In this document: positions 9,179 to 18,755 of the stretch, one piece after another | Numbering within the stretch: the stretch's first letter is position 1 | Layout of the letters: each line of letters starts with the position of its first letter | Assembly: GCA_019419525.1 (NCBI GenBank) | Contig: DXZU01000026.1 | Location: 3,740-67,739 of the forward strand | Length of the DNA stretch: 64,000 nucleotides | Direction of reading: 5' to 3' | Origin: Collinsella sp. | GTDB taxonomy: Bacteria > Actinomycetota > Coriobacteriia > Coriobacteriales > Coriobacteriaceae | Notes under the pieces: generated by a model | What the model was told of the DNA's origin: nothing | The model's database searches: none | Seen by the model: only the letters and a program-made list of their open reading frames with translations | Translations under genes and position numbers: made by a program

Positions 9179-10404
9179 CAGATATCCTTTCTAGGGATTA
9201 ATTCATGCGAACAGATTGAATAAAGAAGAACAAATGCGTAGACAAGATGTTGATAAGGAAAAAATCCATTTAATAGCAACGGAAATAAAATGAAAACGGT
9301 GAGGAGTACGGCTGCACCCTTATTTAAAGAAGCGAACAACGAATGAAATAAAGTACATAAGCATGCAAGATACAGGCAAAGACCAGTTAGGCCAAATCCA
9401 TACAGCAACATTACCAAGTCGTCATGAGCCCAAATAGAAAGACTGAGCGCACGTTTATTGAGCTCATAGATTGTTGAAAAAGCGTTTCCAAAAGCTATGC
9501 CCATTGAACCAGAATTAGCCCATGCCAGGATATCTGTGAGCCAAATTTCGTTTCTACCATTAGTAATTGCGGATAGCAGCGAGTCTGCGTATTTATTTCC
9601 GCTAGCAAACTCAATTTTATTAGCCATTCCAGACTTCAGAAATACGGCCTCTCCAAAAAATAAAACAAGGAGTAGCAAGGCAGCTTTAGTCCATTTGTAA
9701 GCAAATAGATTTTGAATGAGTAGCAGCAAACAAATAAGAACTGGCACAAGAAACGTTCGGGCGCCAGTCTCCAGCGTCGCATATATGATGACAAGCGAGC
9801 ACCCGCAATATACAGCCTTAGATCCATTAGTCCGAACGAGAAAAATAATAAGGACAAGCAAAAGAGTACATATAGACGCAAGAGTGTGTTCTGTATTGCA
9901 TAGCCCCTTAAAGTAGGGGGCTTCTCCCCATGCGACAACATAACCAGTGCCAGTTGCAAGTAGTAAAAGAAGAAACATAGATGAAAAGATTACGACAACA
10001 GATATATAAGTTCGATATTGGAGCAATGCTTCTAAAATAGATGTTCGAAACCTAGGCGAACATATAAGGGAGATCATCAACATTGTGCTTGCGAGATACA
10101 CCAAGTCGTTTAGCTCCTGAGAAGCGCTTATCATAACAAGAGTTGAATGGAGTGACAGAAGAACGAAGCAGAGCAGGCCCAAATAGGACAGATGTGATCT
10201 GCGAGTTGAAACCCATTCAAATATAAGTAGAACTACAAGAGCGAATCCAAGAATCTTATTAATAGGAATAGAGCCAAGAGCACCTTGAAGTAAGGTAGTC
10301 ACAATATACGTTGCAACAATCAATACAATTGGTCTAGCCGCCATTCCTGTTTCGGAGACGATATTTTGATCGGCGGCATTTAGGGCCTTTGCCATTGAAA
10401 TCAA
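9178..10404 (-). CDS. wzy: Putative Wzy polymerase / O-antigen ligase family membrane protein
   Basis: 408-aa polytopic protein with TGART, NGRNEIW and AHDD motifs; lies in polysaccharide operon. Confidence 0.7.
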   Translation of the reverse strand: MISMAKALNAADQNIVSETGMAARPIVLIVATYIVTTLLQGALGSIPINKILGFALVVLLIFEWVSTRRSHLSYLGLLCFVLLSLHSTLVMISASQELNDLVYLASTMLMISLICSPRFRTSILEALLQYRTYISVVVIFSSMFLLLLLATGTGYVVAWGEAPYFKGLCNTEHTLASICTLLLVLIIFLVRTNGSKAVYCGCSLVIIYATLETGARTFLVPVLICLLLLIQNLFAYKWTKAALLLLVLFFGEAVFLKSGMANKIEFASGNKYADSLLSAITNGRNEIWLTDILAWANSGSMGIAFGNAFSTIYELNKRALSLSIWAHDDLVMLLYGFGLTGLCLYLACLCTLFHSLFASLNKGAAVLLTVFILFPLLLNGFFPYQHLVYAFVLLYSICSHELIPRKDI

Positions 10405-11468
10405 GCTATCAACTCCCTATATAGAGCGAATAGTGTTTGAAGATACGCCTGAAATGAGTAGCATTCACGCACCTTGTTATATATACGGCTTCCCGCAACC
10501 GATATCGCTTCTGGATTTGACAGCACATTCACGAGCGTGTTCGCAAGCATTTGAGTGTCCTGGGCATTTACTAGCCAACCTGAGTCTCCATTATCGATAA
10601 TCTCGGAGATTGACCCGACTGATGATGCGATAGAAGGGATCCCATAAGCTGAAGCCTCAAGAAGCGAAAATGGCATTGCCTCGTGATGAGAAGGCAGTAC
10701 GTTTAGAAGATATTTCGAAAAGAACTTACGATTGGGCTCTACGATGCCGCGATATTTAACACGATGAGAAAGATTTCGTTTTTCAATTTCAACTTGAACC
10801 TTGATGTGATCCCTACCGCACAGCTCGAAAATTAGTTCTGGGTCAAGCTTGTCATCGATCAGAACGAGCGCATCCAGTTAATCCAAGACGCCCTTGTCCT
10901 TAGAGATATTTCCCAGAAATAAAACTCTAGTGCGGCCCGGCGTGTATAAATTCTCATCTGGACAAGAAACGGCATTGGGAAGAATTAATACACGCTCACT
11001 TGGATAATCCAATTTTTGGAACAAGGGGTTCAGATATGTTCCTAGGGCAATGATGCGATCTGATTTTAATAGCGACCAATCTATCAGCTTTTTCATATGA
11101 CTTGAGGACCGAGATCTAATCTTTGCCAAGTCACAGTGAATGTGAAGTACGACAGACTGTCGATATCTTATAGCTAGGAATATGATAACGCACGACCTGA
11201 TCACGCTCGCATTATCAGCCATGTGTATATGAACAATTCCTTCGCCGGTTGAAAAGCGTTTTCGGGCCTTTAAGAGCGCGCTTACAAAACAACGGATCTT
11301 TTGAAGGGCATTTCCCTGATTGGTCGTTATTAAATAGCAAAAATCAACTTGCTCGGATCTATCTAGCTCAAAAGAAAGCATGCGCGTTAGCGTACTAATG
11401 CCTCCTAAACAGCTCGGATCAACACCAAACATACTTAAGGTGCCAAACTCCGTCTTATTCCTAGTCAT
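10401..11468 (-). pseudogene. GT4 glycosyltransferase interrupted by one in-frame TAA
   Basis: ORFs 10878-11471 and 10401-10676 share a frame; read-through gives KDKGVLD*LDAL...LPSHHEAMPFSLLEA (GT4 EX7E motif). Confidence 0.85.
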
Positions 11469-11988
11469 CAAATCGTCTCCCGATTAGACGTGCGGGAACC
11501 CCCCCCCAAATGCAATTTTCTTCATAAGGGCTACGAACGACGAGCGCACCAGCAGCAATTACTGTTCCATCGGGAATATGCACACCTTTTAAAATCGTAA
11601 CGTTTGCCCCAATCCAAACATCGTTACCAACAACAATGTCTTGGTCATTACTGGGTAATTTTTCAGTTGGCCTTACAGCTCGCATAGGCTTGTCTTTGAC
11701 ATCAGTGCGATGATCACCAGAGATTAGAGTTATATGTGGGCCAAACATAACATCGTTACCGATAATTACTTCTGCGCCCGTTGTCCAAATTCTTGTATCG
11801 GGCCCAAATGACACATCATTACCGACTGAAATGTTCTCCAAGCCTTGCAAATCGCAACGCTTTCCAAGCGAGAAACCCTTTCCGCACCGTGCAAAAGACC
11901 GTTTAACGAGGGGCTGAACTATAGCTTTACGAGGAAGCGCTTTCACACTGCGGCCAAAACATAGAAGCGACCGCGAAAAAGAGCCCAT
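11461..11988 (-). CDS. Hexapeptide-repeat (LbH) O-acetyltransferase
   Basis: VGNDVWIGANVTILKGV and GGVPAR motifs. Confidence 0.88.
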   Translation of the reverse strand: MGSFSRSLLCFGRSVKALPRKAIVQPLVKRSFARCGKGFSLGKRCDLQGLENISVGNDVSFGPDTRIWTTGAEVIIGNDVMFGPHITLISGDHRTDVKDKPMRAVRPTEKLPSNDQDIVVGNDVWIGANVTILKGVHIPDGTVIAAGALVVRSPYEENCIWGGVPARLIGRRFDD

Positions 11989-11992
11989 GCGG

Positions 11993-13210
11993 CTAGACCT
12001 CCTCGTAGTAGGTGTCGGGGTTCTCGGGGTCGAAGGGCTCGTTGGCCCACATGACCGTCACGAGGTCCTCGGTGTCGGACAGGTTGGTTATGGAGTGCGT
12101 GTAGCCCGGGATCATCTCCACGGCGCGCATGTCAGACCCAGAAACTATATACTCGTCGACGGGGAACGGGTTCCCCTCGGCATCCTCCCCTACTTTCCTC
12201 AGCTTGATCGACGCGGTGCCGGAGACCACCAGGAACCTCTCCCACTTGCTCATGTGCCAGTGGTTGCCCTTGGTGATGCCGGGCTTGCTCACGTTGACGG
12301 AGACCTGGCCGCGCTCGGGCGTGCGCAGGAACTCGGTGAACGAGCCTCGGTCGTCGGTGTTGGGCTTCAGGCTATAGGCGAAGTGCCCCGGCTCGTAGTA
12401 GGACAGGAACGTGCTCCACAGCTTCTTGGAGAAGGAGCCCTCCGTCAGGTCGGGCACCGAGAGAGTCTCGCGGCTGTCGCGGAAGCAGTCGAGAAGGTAG
12501 ACGATCTCGCCTAGCGACTTGACGTCAGTTTCCGGAACGTAGCAGAACTCGTCGCCCTCTACCCTCTCGAGTCCCTCGTAGCCGCAGCGGTGCTCCCCGC
12601 CGAGCAGCGCGCCCAGCATCTCGCCGACCAGGTCGTCGATGTAGAGGAGCTCCAGCTCCACCGTGGGGTCGTTCACGGTGTAGGGGCGGCCGTTGGCGAT
12701 GGCGTCGCAGAAGGTCGCCACGGCGGAATTGTAGCGCGGGCGGCACCACTTGCCGTAGAGGTTGGGGAAGCGGTAGATGAGCACGGGGGCGCCGGTGCGC
12801 TCCGAGTACTCGCGGAACAGCCCCTCCCCCGCCAGCTTCGACTCGCCGTAGACCGAGCCCTCGAAGCGGCCCGACAGGCTCGCCTGCGCGGAGCTGGAGA
12901 GCATCACGGGGCAACTGTTGCCGTGGCGCTCCAAGGTGTCCAGCAGCGTCGAGGCGAACCCGAAGTTGCCCTCCATGAACTCGGACTGGTCCTCGGGGCG
13001 GTTGACGCCGGCCAGGTTGAAGACGAAGTCGGCGCGGGAGCAGTAGTCCTCCAGCTCCCCGGGAGTCGAGTCGATGTCGTAATCCATGACCTCGAGGGGA
13101 AGGAGTTGCTGGTATTTGGCGCGGCGGTCCTTGCCGTCGCGGACGTTCTTCAGCGCGCAGCAGAGGTTCCTGCCCACGAAGCCCCTCGCGCCGGTGACGA
13201 GGACGCGCAC
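11993..13210 (-). CDS. fnlB: FnlB/WbjC/Cap5F reductase with C-terminal cupin
   Basis: VTGARGFVG, LAGVNRP, YGESK, GKWCRPRYNS, GNHWH motifs. Confidence 0.9.
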   Translation of the reverse strand: MRVLVTGARGFVGRNLCCALKNVRDGKDRRAKYQQLLPLEVMDYDIDSTPGELEDYCSRADFVFNLAGVNRPEDQSEFMEGNFGFASTLLDTLERHGNSCPVMLSSSAQASLSGRFEGSVYGESKLAGEGLFREYSERTGAPVLIYRFPNLYGKWCRPRYNSAVATFCDAIANGRPYTVNDPTVELELLYIDDLVGEMLGALLGGEHRCGYEGLERVEGDEFCYVPETDVKSLGEIVYLLDCFRDSRETLSVPDLTEGSFSKKLWSTFLSYYEPGHFAYSLKPNTDDRGSFTEFLRTPERGQVSVNVSKPGITKGNHWHMSKWERFLVVSGTASIKLRKVGEDAEGNPFPVDEYIVSGSDMRAVEMIPGYTHSITNLSDTEDLVTVMWANEPFDPENPDTYYEEV

Positions 13211-13211
13211 C

Positions 13212-14270
13212 CTACTGCACCGCCTCGTGCTCGCGGCCCTCGAGTGCCAGCTGCACGTACTCGGCGGTCTTGATCTTGGCGATGGTGCCCTCCACGTCGA
13301 GCCTCTCGGTGTTGTGGGAGGTGTAGGACTCGTCTGCCTGGGTCTCCACCTCGCCGTCCACGACGAACTTGTCGTAGTTCAGGTCGCGCGAGTCGCAGGC
13401 CACGCGGTAGTAGCCGCCCATGTCCTCGGCGCGCAGGCGCTCCTCGCGGGTCATGAGGGTCTCGAAGAGCTTCTCGCCGTGGCGGGTGCCGATCACCTGG
13501 GTGCCCACCCGGCCGAAGACCTCCTGCACGGCCTCGGCGAGGTCGCCGATGGTGGAGGCCGGCGCCTTCTGGATGAACAGGTCGCCGGGGTTGGCGTGCT
13601 CGAAGGCGAACTGCACCAGGTCCACGGCCTCGTCCAGGTTCATGAGGAAGCGTGTCATGTTGGGGTCGGTGACCGTGAGCGGCTCGCCCTTGCGGATGCG
13701 GTCGATGAACAGCGGGATGACGCTGCCGCGCGAGCACATGACGTTGCCGTAGCGGGTGCAGCAGATGGTGGTGCGGCCGGCGCCGTTGCGGGCGTTGGCG
13801 TAGATGATGGACTCCATCATGGCCTTGGACTTGCCCATGGCGTTGATGGGGTAGGCCGCCTTGTCGGTGGACAGGCACACGACGCGGTCGACGCCCTCCT
13901 CGATCGCGGCGTGCAGGACGTTGTCCGTGCCGATGACGTTGGTGCGGACGGCCTCCATGGGGAAGAACTCGCAGGAGGGAACCTGCTTGAGGGCGGCGGC
14001 ATGGAAGATGTAGTCCACGCCGTGCATGGCGTCGCGCACGCTCTGGGCGTTGCGGACGTCGCCGATGAAGAAGCGGACCTTGGAGGCGAGCTCGGGCGAC
14101 TTCTCCTGCAGGCGGTGGCGCATGTCGTCCTGCTTCTTCTCGTCGCGCGAGAAGATGCGGATCTCGGCCAGGTCGGTGTTCATGAAGTGCTTGAGCACGG
14201 TGTTGCCGAACGAGCCGGTGCCTCCCGTGATCATCAGGGTCTTGTCTTTGAATGCGGTCGTGGATTTCAT
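13212..14270 (-). CDS. fnlA: FnlA/WbjB/Cap5E UDP-GlcNAc 4,6-dehydratase/5-epimerase
   Basis: TGGTGSFG, AALKQVPSCEF, STDKAAYPINAMG, RYGNVMCSRGS motifs. Confidence 0.92.
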   Translation of the reverse strand: MKSTTAFKDKTLMITGGTGSFGNTVLKHFMNTDLAEIRIFSRDEKKQDDMRHRLQEKSPELASKVRFFIGDVRNAQSVRDAMHGVDYIFHAAALKQVPSCEFFPMEAVRTNVIGTDNVLHAAIEEGVDRVVCLSTDKAAYPINAMGKSKAMMESIIYANARNGAGRTTICCTRYGNVMCSRGSVIPLFIDRIRKGEPLTVTDPNMTRFLMNLDEAVDLVQFAFEHANPGDLFIQKAPASTIGDLAEAVQEVFGRVGTQVIGTRHGEKLFETLMTREERLRAEDMGGYYRVACDSRDLNYDKFVVDGEVETQADESYTSHNTERLDVEGTIAKIKTAEYVQLALEGREHEAVQ

Positions 14271-15047
14271 CTACTTGCCTTCCTTGCGTTTTGCGCCAGT
14301 GAACTGGTAAAAGAGAAACTTAGTGTTAGTAATGAGGTATCGCTTGAAAAGCCGTTTCGGCTCTTGGATAAGTCTGTATAGCCATTCGAGGCTCAAGTCC
14401 TGCATCCAGATCGGTGCCTCCGGCACCACTCCGGCGAGGACATTGAAGGCTCCCCCGACACCGATCATTATTGGCTGGGGGCCACCTTTAAGCTCATGCA
14501 TGAGGACTTCCTGGCGAGGCGCACCCAGCGCAATCCATGCGAAGTCTGCACCCGAATCAGCGATACGTCGCGAAAGGTCTCGCTTCTCGCTGTCGGAGAG
14601 CGGTCGGAAAACCGAAGGCTCCATGCCAGCTATTTCTAGGCCCGGATATTCCTTTTGAAGTGAATTCTTGAGAGCGTCGAGATTCTTCTGCTCGTTACCG
14701 TAGAAGTAATGGCTCCATCCCTGCTGCAAGGAAATGCTGAAAATCTCTCGCATTAGATCGGGTCCAGTTACACGCCCCATTGACTCTATTGTTTTACGTC
14801 CAACAACAGATAAAGGCTTGCCGTCGGGAACGGACATGAGGGAGTCCGCTTGGCAGGCCCAATAGGAAGGGTCGTCATGAGCCATAACCGACGTGTGAGC
14901 ATTGGATACGCAAATATACTCGCCATGTAGCTCATCTATATGGCGAGTGAGAAACTCGACGCACTCAGACATATTGGTTCCCGTGATCGGAACATCGATT
15001 ACGGGAACACGCTTGAGCTCAACGAATTTTGAATAGTCCCGGAGCAT
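14271..15047 (-). CDS. WecG/TagA/CpsF-family (GT26) glycosyltransferase
   Basis: PDGKP, RVTGPDL, LGAPRQE, GVGGAF, LEWLYRL..EPKRL motifs; TAATG coupling to upstream gene. Confidence 0.88.
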   Translation of the reverse strand: MLRDYSKFVELKRVPVIDVPITGTNMSECVEFLTRHIDELHGEYICVSNAHTSVMAHDDPSYWACQADSLMSVPDGKPLSVVGRKTIESMGRVTGPDLMREIFSISLQQGWSHYFYGNEQKNLDALKNSLQKEYPGLEIAGMEPSVFRPLSDSEKRDLSRRIADSGADFAWIALGAPRQEVLMHELKGGPQPIMIGVGGAFNVLAGVVPEAPIWMQDLSLEWLYRLIQEPKRLFKRYLITNTKFLFYQFTGAKRKEGK

Positions 15048-15808
15048 TAGCACGCACCCTTACCGGTGATGACCTCGATCACCGTGAGAGCGACGATCTT
15101 GAGGTCCGTAACGGGACCGCGCTTGGCGATGTACTCCAGGTCGCGCTGAACCATCCCATCGAAACCCGTTGAGTTGCGCTCCGTCACCTGCCACCAGCCG
15201 GTGATCCCAGGCTTAACGGCCAGGCGCTGCAGGTCGTACTCGGTATACTCCGCGACCTCGTTGGGCAGCGGCGGGCGCGGGCCGACGACGGACATCTGGC
15301 CCATGAACACGTTCAGGAACTGCGGGAACTCGTCGATGGAGTGCTTGCGGATGATCTTTCCAATCTTGGTGACGCGGGGGTCCTCCCTCATCTTGAACAT
15401 GGCGCCGGCGATCTCGTTCTGCTCCCTGAGCTCGGCGAGGCGCTCGTCGGCGTCCTTGTACATGGAGCGGAACTTCCACATGCGGAAGGTGGACAGGCTG
15501 CCGTCGCGGTGGGTCTGGCCCACGCGGATCTGGCTGTAGAACGGGTTGCCCTCGCTCTCCAGGCGGATAGCGGCGGCGAGCACCAGGCTCGGCACGGCGA
15601 TGACGGCCAGCACGCAGCCGCTGAACACGATGTCGAAGGCGCGCTTGACGGTGCGGTAGACCAGGCGCGTGCGGTCCCAGTCCTTGACGGCTTGCATGGC
15701 CTTGTAGCGCATGCTCGCGCCGTCGCCGCTCATTGCCTGGGCAACAAGCGCGGCCCCCGCCGGCGCTCCTGTAGAATATTCAGTTTTATCTGACACTATT
15801 TCCTTCAA
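15047..15808 (-). CDS. Priming (initiating) phosphoglycosyl transferase
   Basis: KRAFD, KFRSM, DPRVT, IDEFPQF.NV..G.MS.VGPRP, KPGITGWWQ motifs. Confidence 0.9.
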   Translation of the reverse strand: MKEIVSDKTEYSTGAPAGAALVAQAMSGDGASMRYKAMQAVKDWDRTRLVYRTVKRAFDIVFSGCVLAVIAVPSLVLAAAIRLESEGNPFYSQIRVGQTHRDGSLSTFRMWKFRSMYKDADERLAELREQNEIAGAMFKMREDPRVTKIGKIIRKHSIDEFPQFLNVFMGQMSVVGPRPPLPNEVAEYTEYDLQRLAVKPGITGWWQVTERNSTGFDGMVQRDLEYIAKRGPVTDLKIVALTVIEVITGKGAC

Positions 15809-15863
15809 ACCTACGTCCCCATCCCCGGGGATCCTCCCTGTCCCGTTAAACAGTCGCCCGTAA

Positions 15864-16409
15864 TTAGGCGATCGCTTTTTTAAGGTTTCGCATTACGCGC
15901 TGCTCGGCTGAAAGCACCGCGAGGCCAACGCGAGTGGTTACGCGCCGGCCGCAAAGGTCGAGCTCCAAATAAGCAGTGCTCTTGCGTCTGTTAATGTTTT
16001 TGATAAGGCCCTCGTGGCCCAGCAGCGGACCTGCCGTCACTACGACCTGGTCGCCGTCTTTTAGGGCCTCGCTCATGGGCACTACGCGGTCTCCCCTATG
16101 CGTAAAACTGCCGATGAGCTGGACCTCTTCTTTTGCCAACGGCACAAACTGACCGTCCTGGGATAGCACCCGGGCAAAGTCGTCCATGCACAGCAGATAC
16201 TGTTGCACGGTGCGGGGATCTGCCGTATCGCAGATGAGATAACCGGGAAAGAGCGGCTTGGTCGTGTTGACCCATTCGCCGTGAACTTTAATCTCGGTTT
16301 GAAATTGGGGATAAAAGAGCTCCTGCATGGCACCTGTCGGTAGCACGTGCTCAATGCGCTCGCGCATTATGTCTTCGCGACCGTTAATGACCTGGATCAC
16401 ATACCACAC
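15864..16409 (-). CDS. loaP: NusG-paralog transcription antiterminator (LoaP/UpxY/RfaH-like)
   Basis: MWYVIQV..G.E start (GTG 16409, AAGGGGG RBS), PLFPGY, KOW motif GDQVVVTAGPLLGHEG; first gene of the operon. Confidence 0.82.
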   Translation of the reverse strand: MWYVIQVINGREDIMRERIEHVLPTGAMQELFYPQFQTEIKVHGEWVNTTKPLFPGYLICDTADPRTVQQYLLCMDDFARVLSQDGQFVPLAKEEVQLIGSFTHRGDRVVPMSEALKDGDQVVVTAGPLLGHEGLIKNINRRKSTAYLELDLCGRRVTTRVGLAVLSAEQRVMRNLKKAIA

Positions 16410-16876
16410 GAGCACCACCCCCTTGCTGTCTTACGTGTGGCTCACGGGGTTTGGGTATGGCTTCGCCAGGGCGCTTAGTGCGCGAAGGCGCTCCATATTC
16501 AAACCCTGAGCCCAGTTAGACAAGCACGTGGCTCTGCCCCACCGTGAACGGTATGTACAAATGCAGTTGCTAGAGACGCGGACGTGTATCGGAAAAAGAC
16601 CGCATCCCCAGCTGGCTGCGTGCGAGCCAGTCAAGCGGGAACAAAACTAGACCGCACGCAAACAGCTGAAGACTGCTACGTTTTCGCAAGCGAACTTCTA
16701 GAATTTGCATCTCATAAATAAATCAACGCAAATTAAAAGAGCCGCATAACTTCTTTATTGGAGCTCGTGGTGTTTCTGGCACCGCCGTTACGACCGGATG
16801 CTGATCGACCCTGCGCTTTGTGGCTTGCTGAAGCCGCGAGCACAGTTGAACTCATGTACCGTTAGGTATCCTAGCA
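16410..16876 (-). promoter_or_regulatory. Putative promoter and about 450-nt leader of the polysaccharide operon
   Basis: Extended -10-like TGcTAGGAT at 16876-16868; no credible ORF before loaP; several hairpins. Confidence 0.4.
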
Positions 16877-17144
16877 CAAGCTGATAGCGAAACTGATTTG
16901 GGCAGTACTGGACAACATTTCGTTCATTTAGTGTGTTCAAGGGGGCTGTTTGGAGATGTTGTTCACATTGATGCAGATTATTGAGCTACTGACGGTGATT
17001 AGGGGTGTTCCTGAAGCCCAAATGAAGCAGCGAGCTGCGCCGATGATCGCGTTCGTCTAACAAACTATGTACAGACATGGGAAATAAATTGTGCAACTTT
17101 TTGTTGGCGTGGTTGGTGTTTGTGGCGCGTGGTGTTTTGGTATG

Positions 17145-17175
17145 AAAAAAGGCCTTCGGGATTCCGAAGGCCTTT
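17145..17175 (-). terminator. Intrinsic terminator after tRNA-Ala
   Basis: AAAGGCCTTCGG-aatc-CCGAAGGCCTTTTTT on the minus strand. Confidence 0.8.
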
Positions 17176-17185
17176 GCATTCACGA

Positions 17186-17261
17186 TGGTGGAGACGAGGG
17201 GAATCGAACCCCTGACCTCTTGACTGCCAGTCAAGCGCTCTCCCAGCTGAGCTACGCCCCC
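17186..17261 (-). tRNA. tRNA-Ala (GGC)
   Basis: 76-nt cloverleaf GGGGGCGTAGCTCAG..CTTGA-CT GGC AG-TCAAG..GTTCGATTC..CGTCTCCACCA; G3:U70 alanine identity pair; encoded CCA. Confidence 0.96.
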
Positions 17262-17331
17262 GTGACGTGGAGATACTATAGGGGAAGATGGCGCGGCGTG
17301 CAAGGGCTTTTTTGGGTCAGATTCTAAATGC

Positions 17332-17973
17332 CTATTGATATAGGTAAGCGATGGCGGTGCCGGTGTGGACTTGGATCGTGGCTGTTGACCTGACCACATT
17401 GCTGATGCCCGTGTCCGCCAACAGGCCCAGGGGGCTGTGGTCTAGCTCCCACTCTAGGCCGTGTTCGCTTACCACCGTCCCAGGGGCTATAGCAATGATA
17501 GAGAACGTCTTGTCCACGGCGCCTTCGATGGTCCAGGATTCGCCTCCGCGCAGGATGCGGGCCGTGGTTTCGTCCTCGGCGATCCAGACGGGGGCGTCCA
17601 CATAGCCTGCCAGTAGCCCTAACACAGACAAGGCCATATCCGGACGGCCGCCGTTGGCGCAGGTCGCAACCACTTCGGCACCCGGCCAGCGACGGCGGAC
17701 GGAATCGAGCGCCAGCGCCAGATCGGTATAGTCCTTGTAGGGGTTGTGGCGTTCTACTTCAAAATCGACAGCAGTATCGACCAGAGCGCGTCCCTCGTCG
17801 CTTACGGTGTCGGCATCCCCCACATAAACGTCGCAGCCCAGGCCGGCACCCAGAAGGGCATCCAGGCCGCGGTCCACGGCGATAACGTGGTCGCACTCCC
17901 CTGCTAGCCTACACAACAGATCCGCGCTCGCCACCACGGGCGAGCCGCAGACCAATAATACCTTGCAACCCAC
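17332..17973 (-). CDS. thiN: Thiamine pyrophosphokinase
   Basis: IAVDRG, VGDADT, KDYTDL, GGRPD, GISN motifs. Confidence 0.85.
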   Translation of the reverse strand: MGCKVLLVCGSPVVASADLLCRLAGECDHVIAVDRGLDALLGAGLGCDVYVGDADTVSDEGRALVDTAVDFEVERHNPYKDYTDLALALDSVRRRWPGAEVVATCANGGRPDMALSVLGLLAGYVDAPVWIAEDETTARILRGGESWTIEGAVDKTFSIIAIAPGTVVSEHGLEWELDHSPLGLLADTGISNVVRSTATIQVHTGTAIAYLYQ

Positions 17974-17982
17974 AGCCCTCGC

Positions 17983-18672
17983 CTATCCCTCAAACGAAAG
18001 GACGCGGGCCAAATCCAGGTCCTCATAGCTGTCGATAAAGATATCGCAGTTGTCGCGCACATCGTCGCGCTTCATGCGGCCATGCGGGTCATAGATGCCT
18101 ACGCGCTCAAAGCCAGCGACCCCAGAGCTCTTAAGGCCAAAGACGGCGTCCTCAAACACCCAAGCGCGCTCAAACTTGTGCCCATGGCGCTCCTCCAGGC
18201 GGCGCAGCGCCAGCTCGTATACGTCGGGGAACTGCTTAGAGCGACCTGCCTCGCCCGTGGTGGTCACAAACTCCATGTAGGCATCGAGCCCGGCACCAGC
18301 GAGCGCGGACTGCACCAACTCAGCCGGCGTGGACGTAGCCACACACATGGCAATGCCCGCCGCCTTCGCCTGCTCCAAAAATGTCAGGAGCCCGTCGCGC
18401 GGCGGCACCTTGGAGTAGCCATCGATCAGGATGTCGCTCAACTCACGGTAGAGCTCCTCGCCATTCGTGCCAATGCCCCATGTGTCGTGGTAGGCCTGGC
18501 ACTCGTCCTCCAGCGACAGGTGCTCAAATTGGGCAAAGTCATCCACGGTCACGTCAATCCCGTGGCGGTGCAATAACTCGGGCTGGGCATAGGCCCAAAC
18601 GGGGGTGCTATTAACCAGCGTGCCATCGCAATCGAAAATAAAAGCGACCTTGGGAGTGGCGGTATGGGGCAT
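17983..18672 (-). CDS. HAD-family phosphatase (beta-phosphoglucomutase-like subfamily IA)
   Basis: FDCDGTL, VATS, K..PDVY, FEDA motifs; ATG 18672 follows GAAAGG RBS. Confidence 0.85.
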   Translation of the reverse strand: MPHTATPKVAFIFDCDGTLVNSTPVWAYAQPELLHRHGIDVTVDDFAQFEHLSLEDECQAYHDTWGIGTNGEELYRELSDILIDGYSKVPPRDGLLTFLEQAKAAGIAMCVATSTPAELVQSALAGAGLDAYMEFVTTTGEAGRSKQFPDVYELALRRLEERHGHKFERAWVFEDAVFGLKSSGVAGFERVGIYDPHGRMKRDDVRDNCDIFIDSYEDLDLARVLSFEG

Positions 18673-18755
18673 AAACGAACCTTTCGATGTCAAATGGTAA
18701 ACAACCTGCTAAAAACGTTTTACCAAACGTCAGCCTAACATTTTTGAAACCTAAT

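Noticed and set aside
16410..17140. Invertible capsule promoter
   Set aside because: No convincing flanking inverted repeats and no recombinase gene seen
17186..17261. tRNA-Ala as integration site for the capsule region
   Set aside because: No integrase and no duplicated tRNA 3' end found in the window; cannot be excluded beyond the left edge
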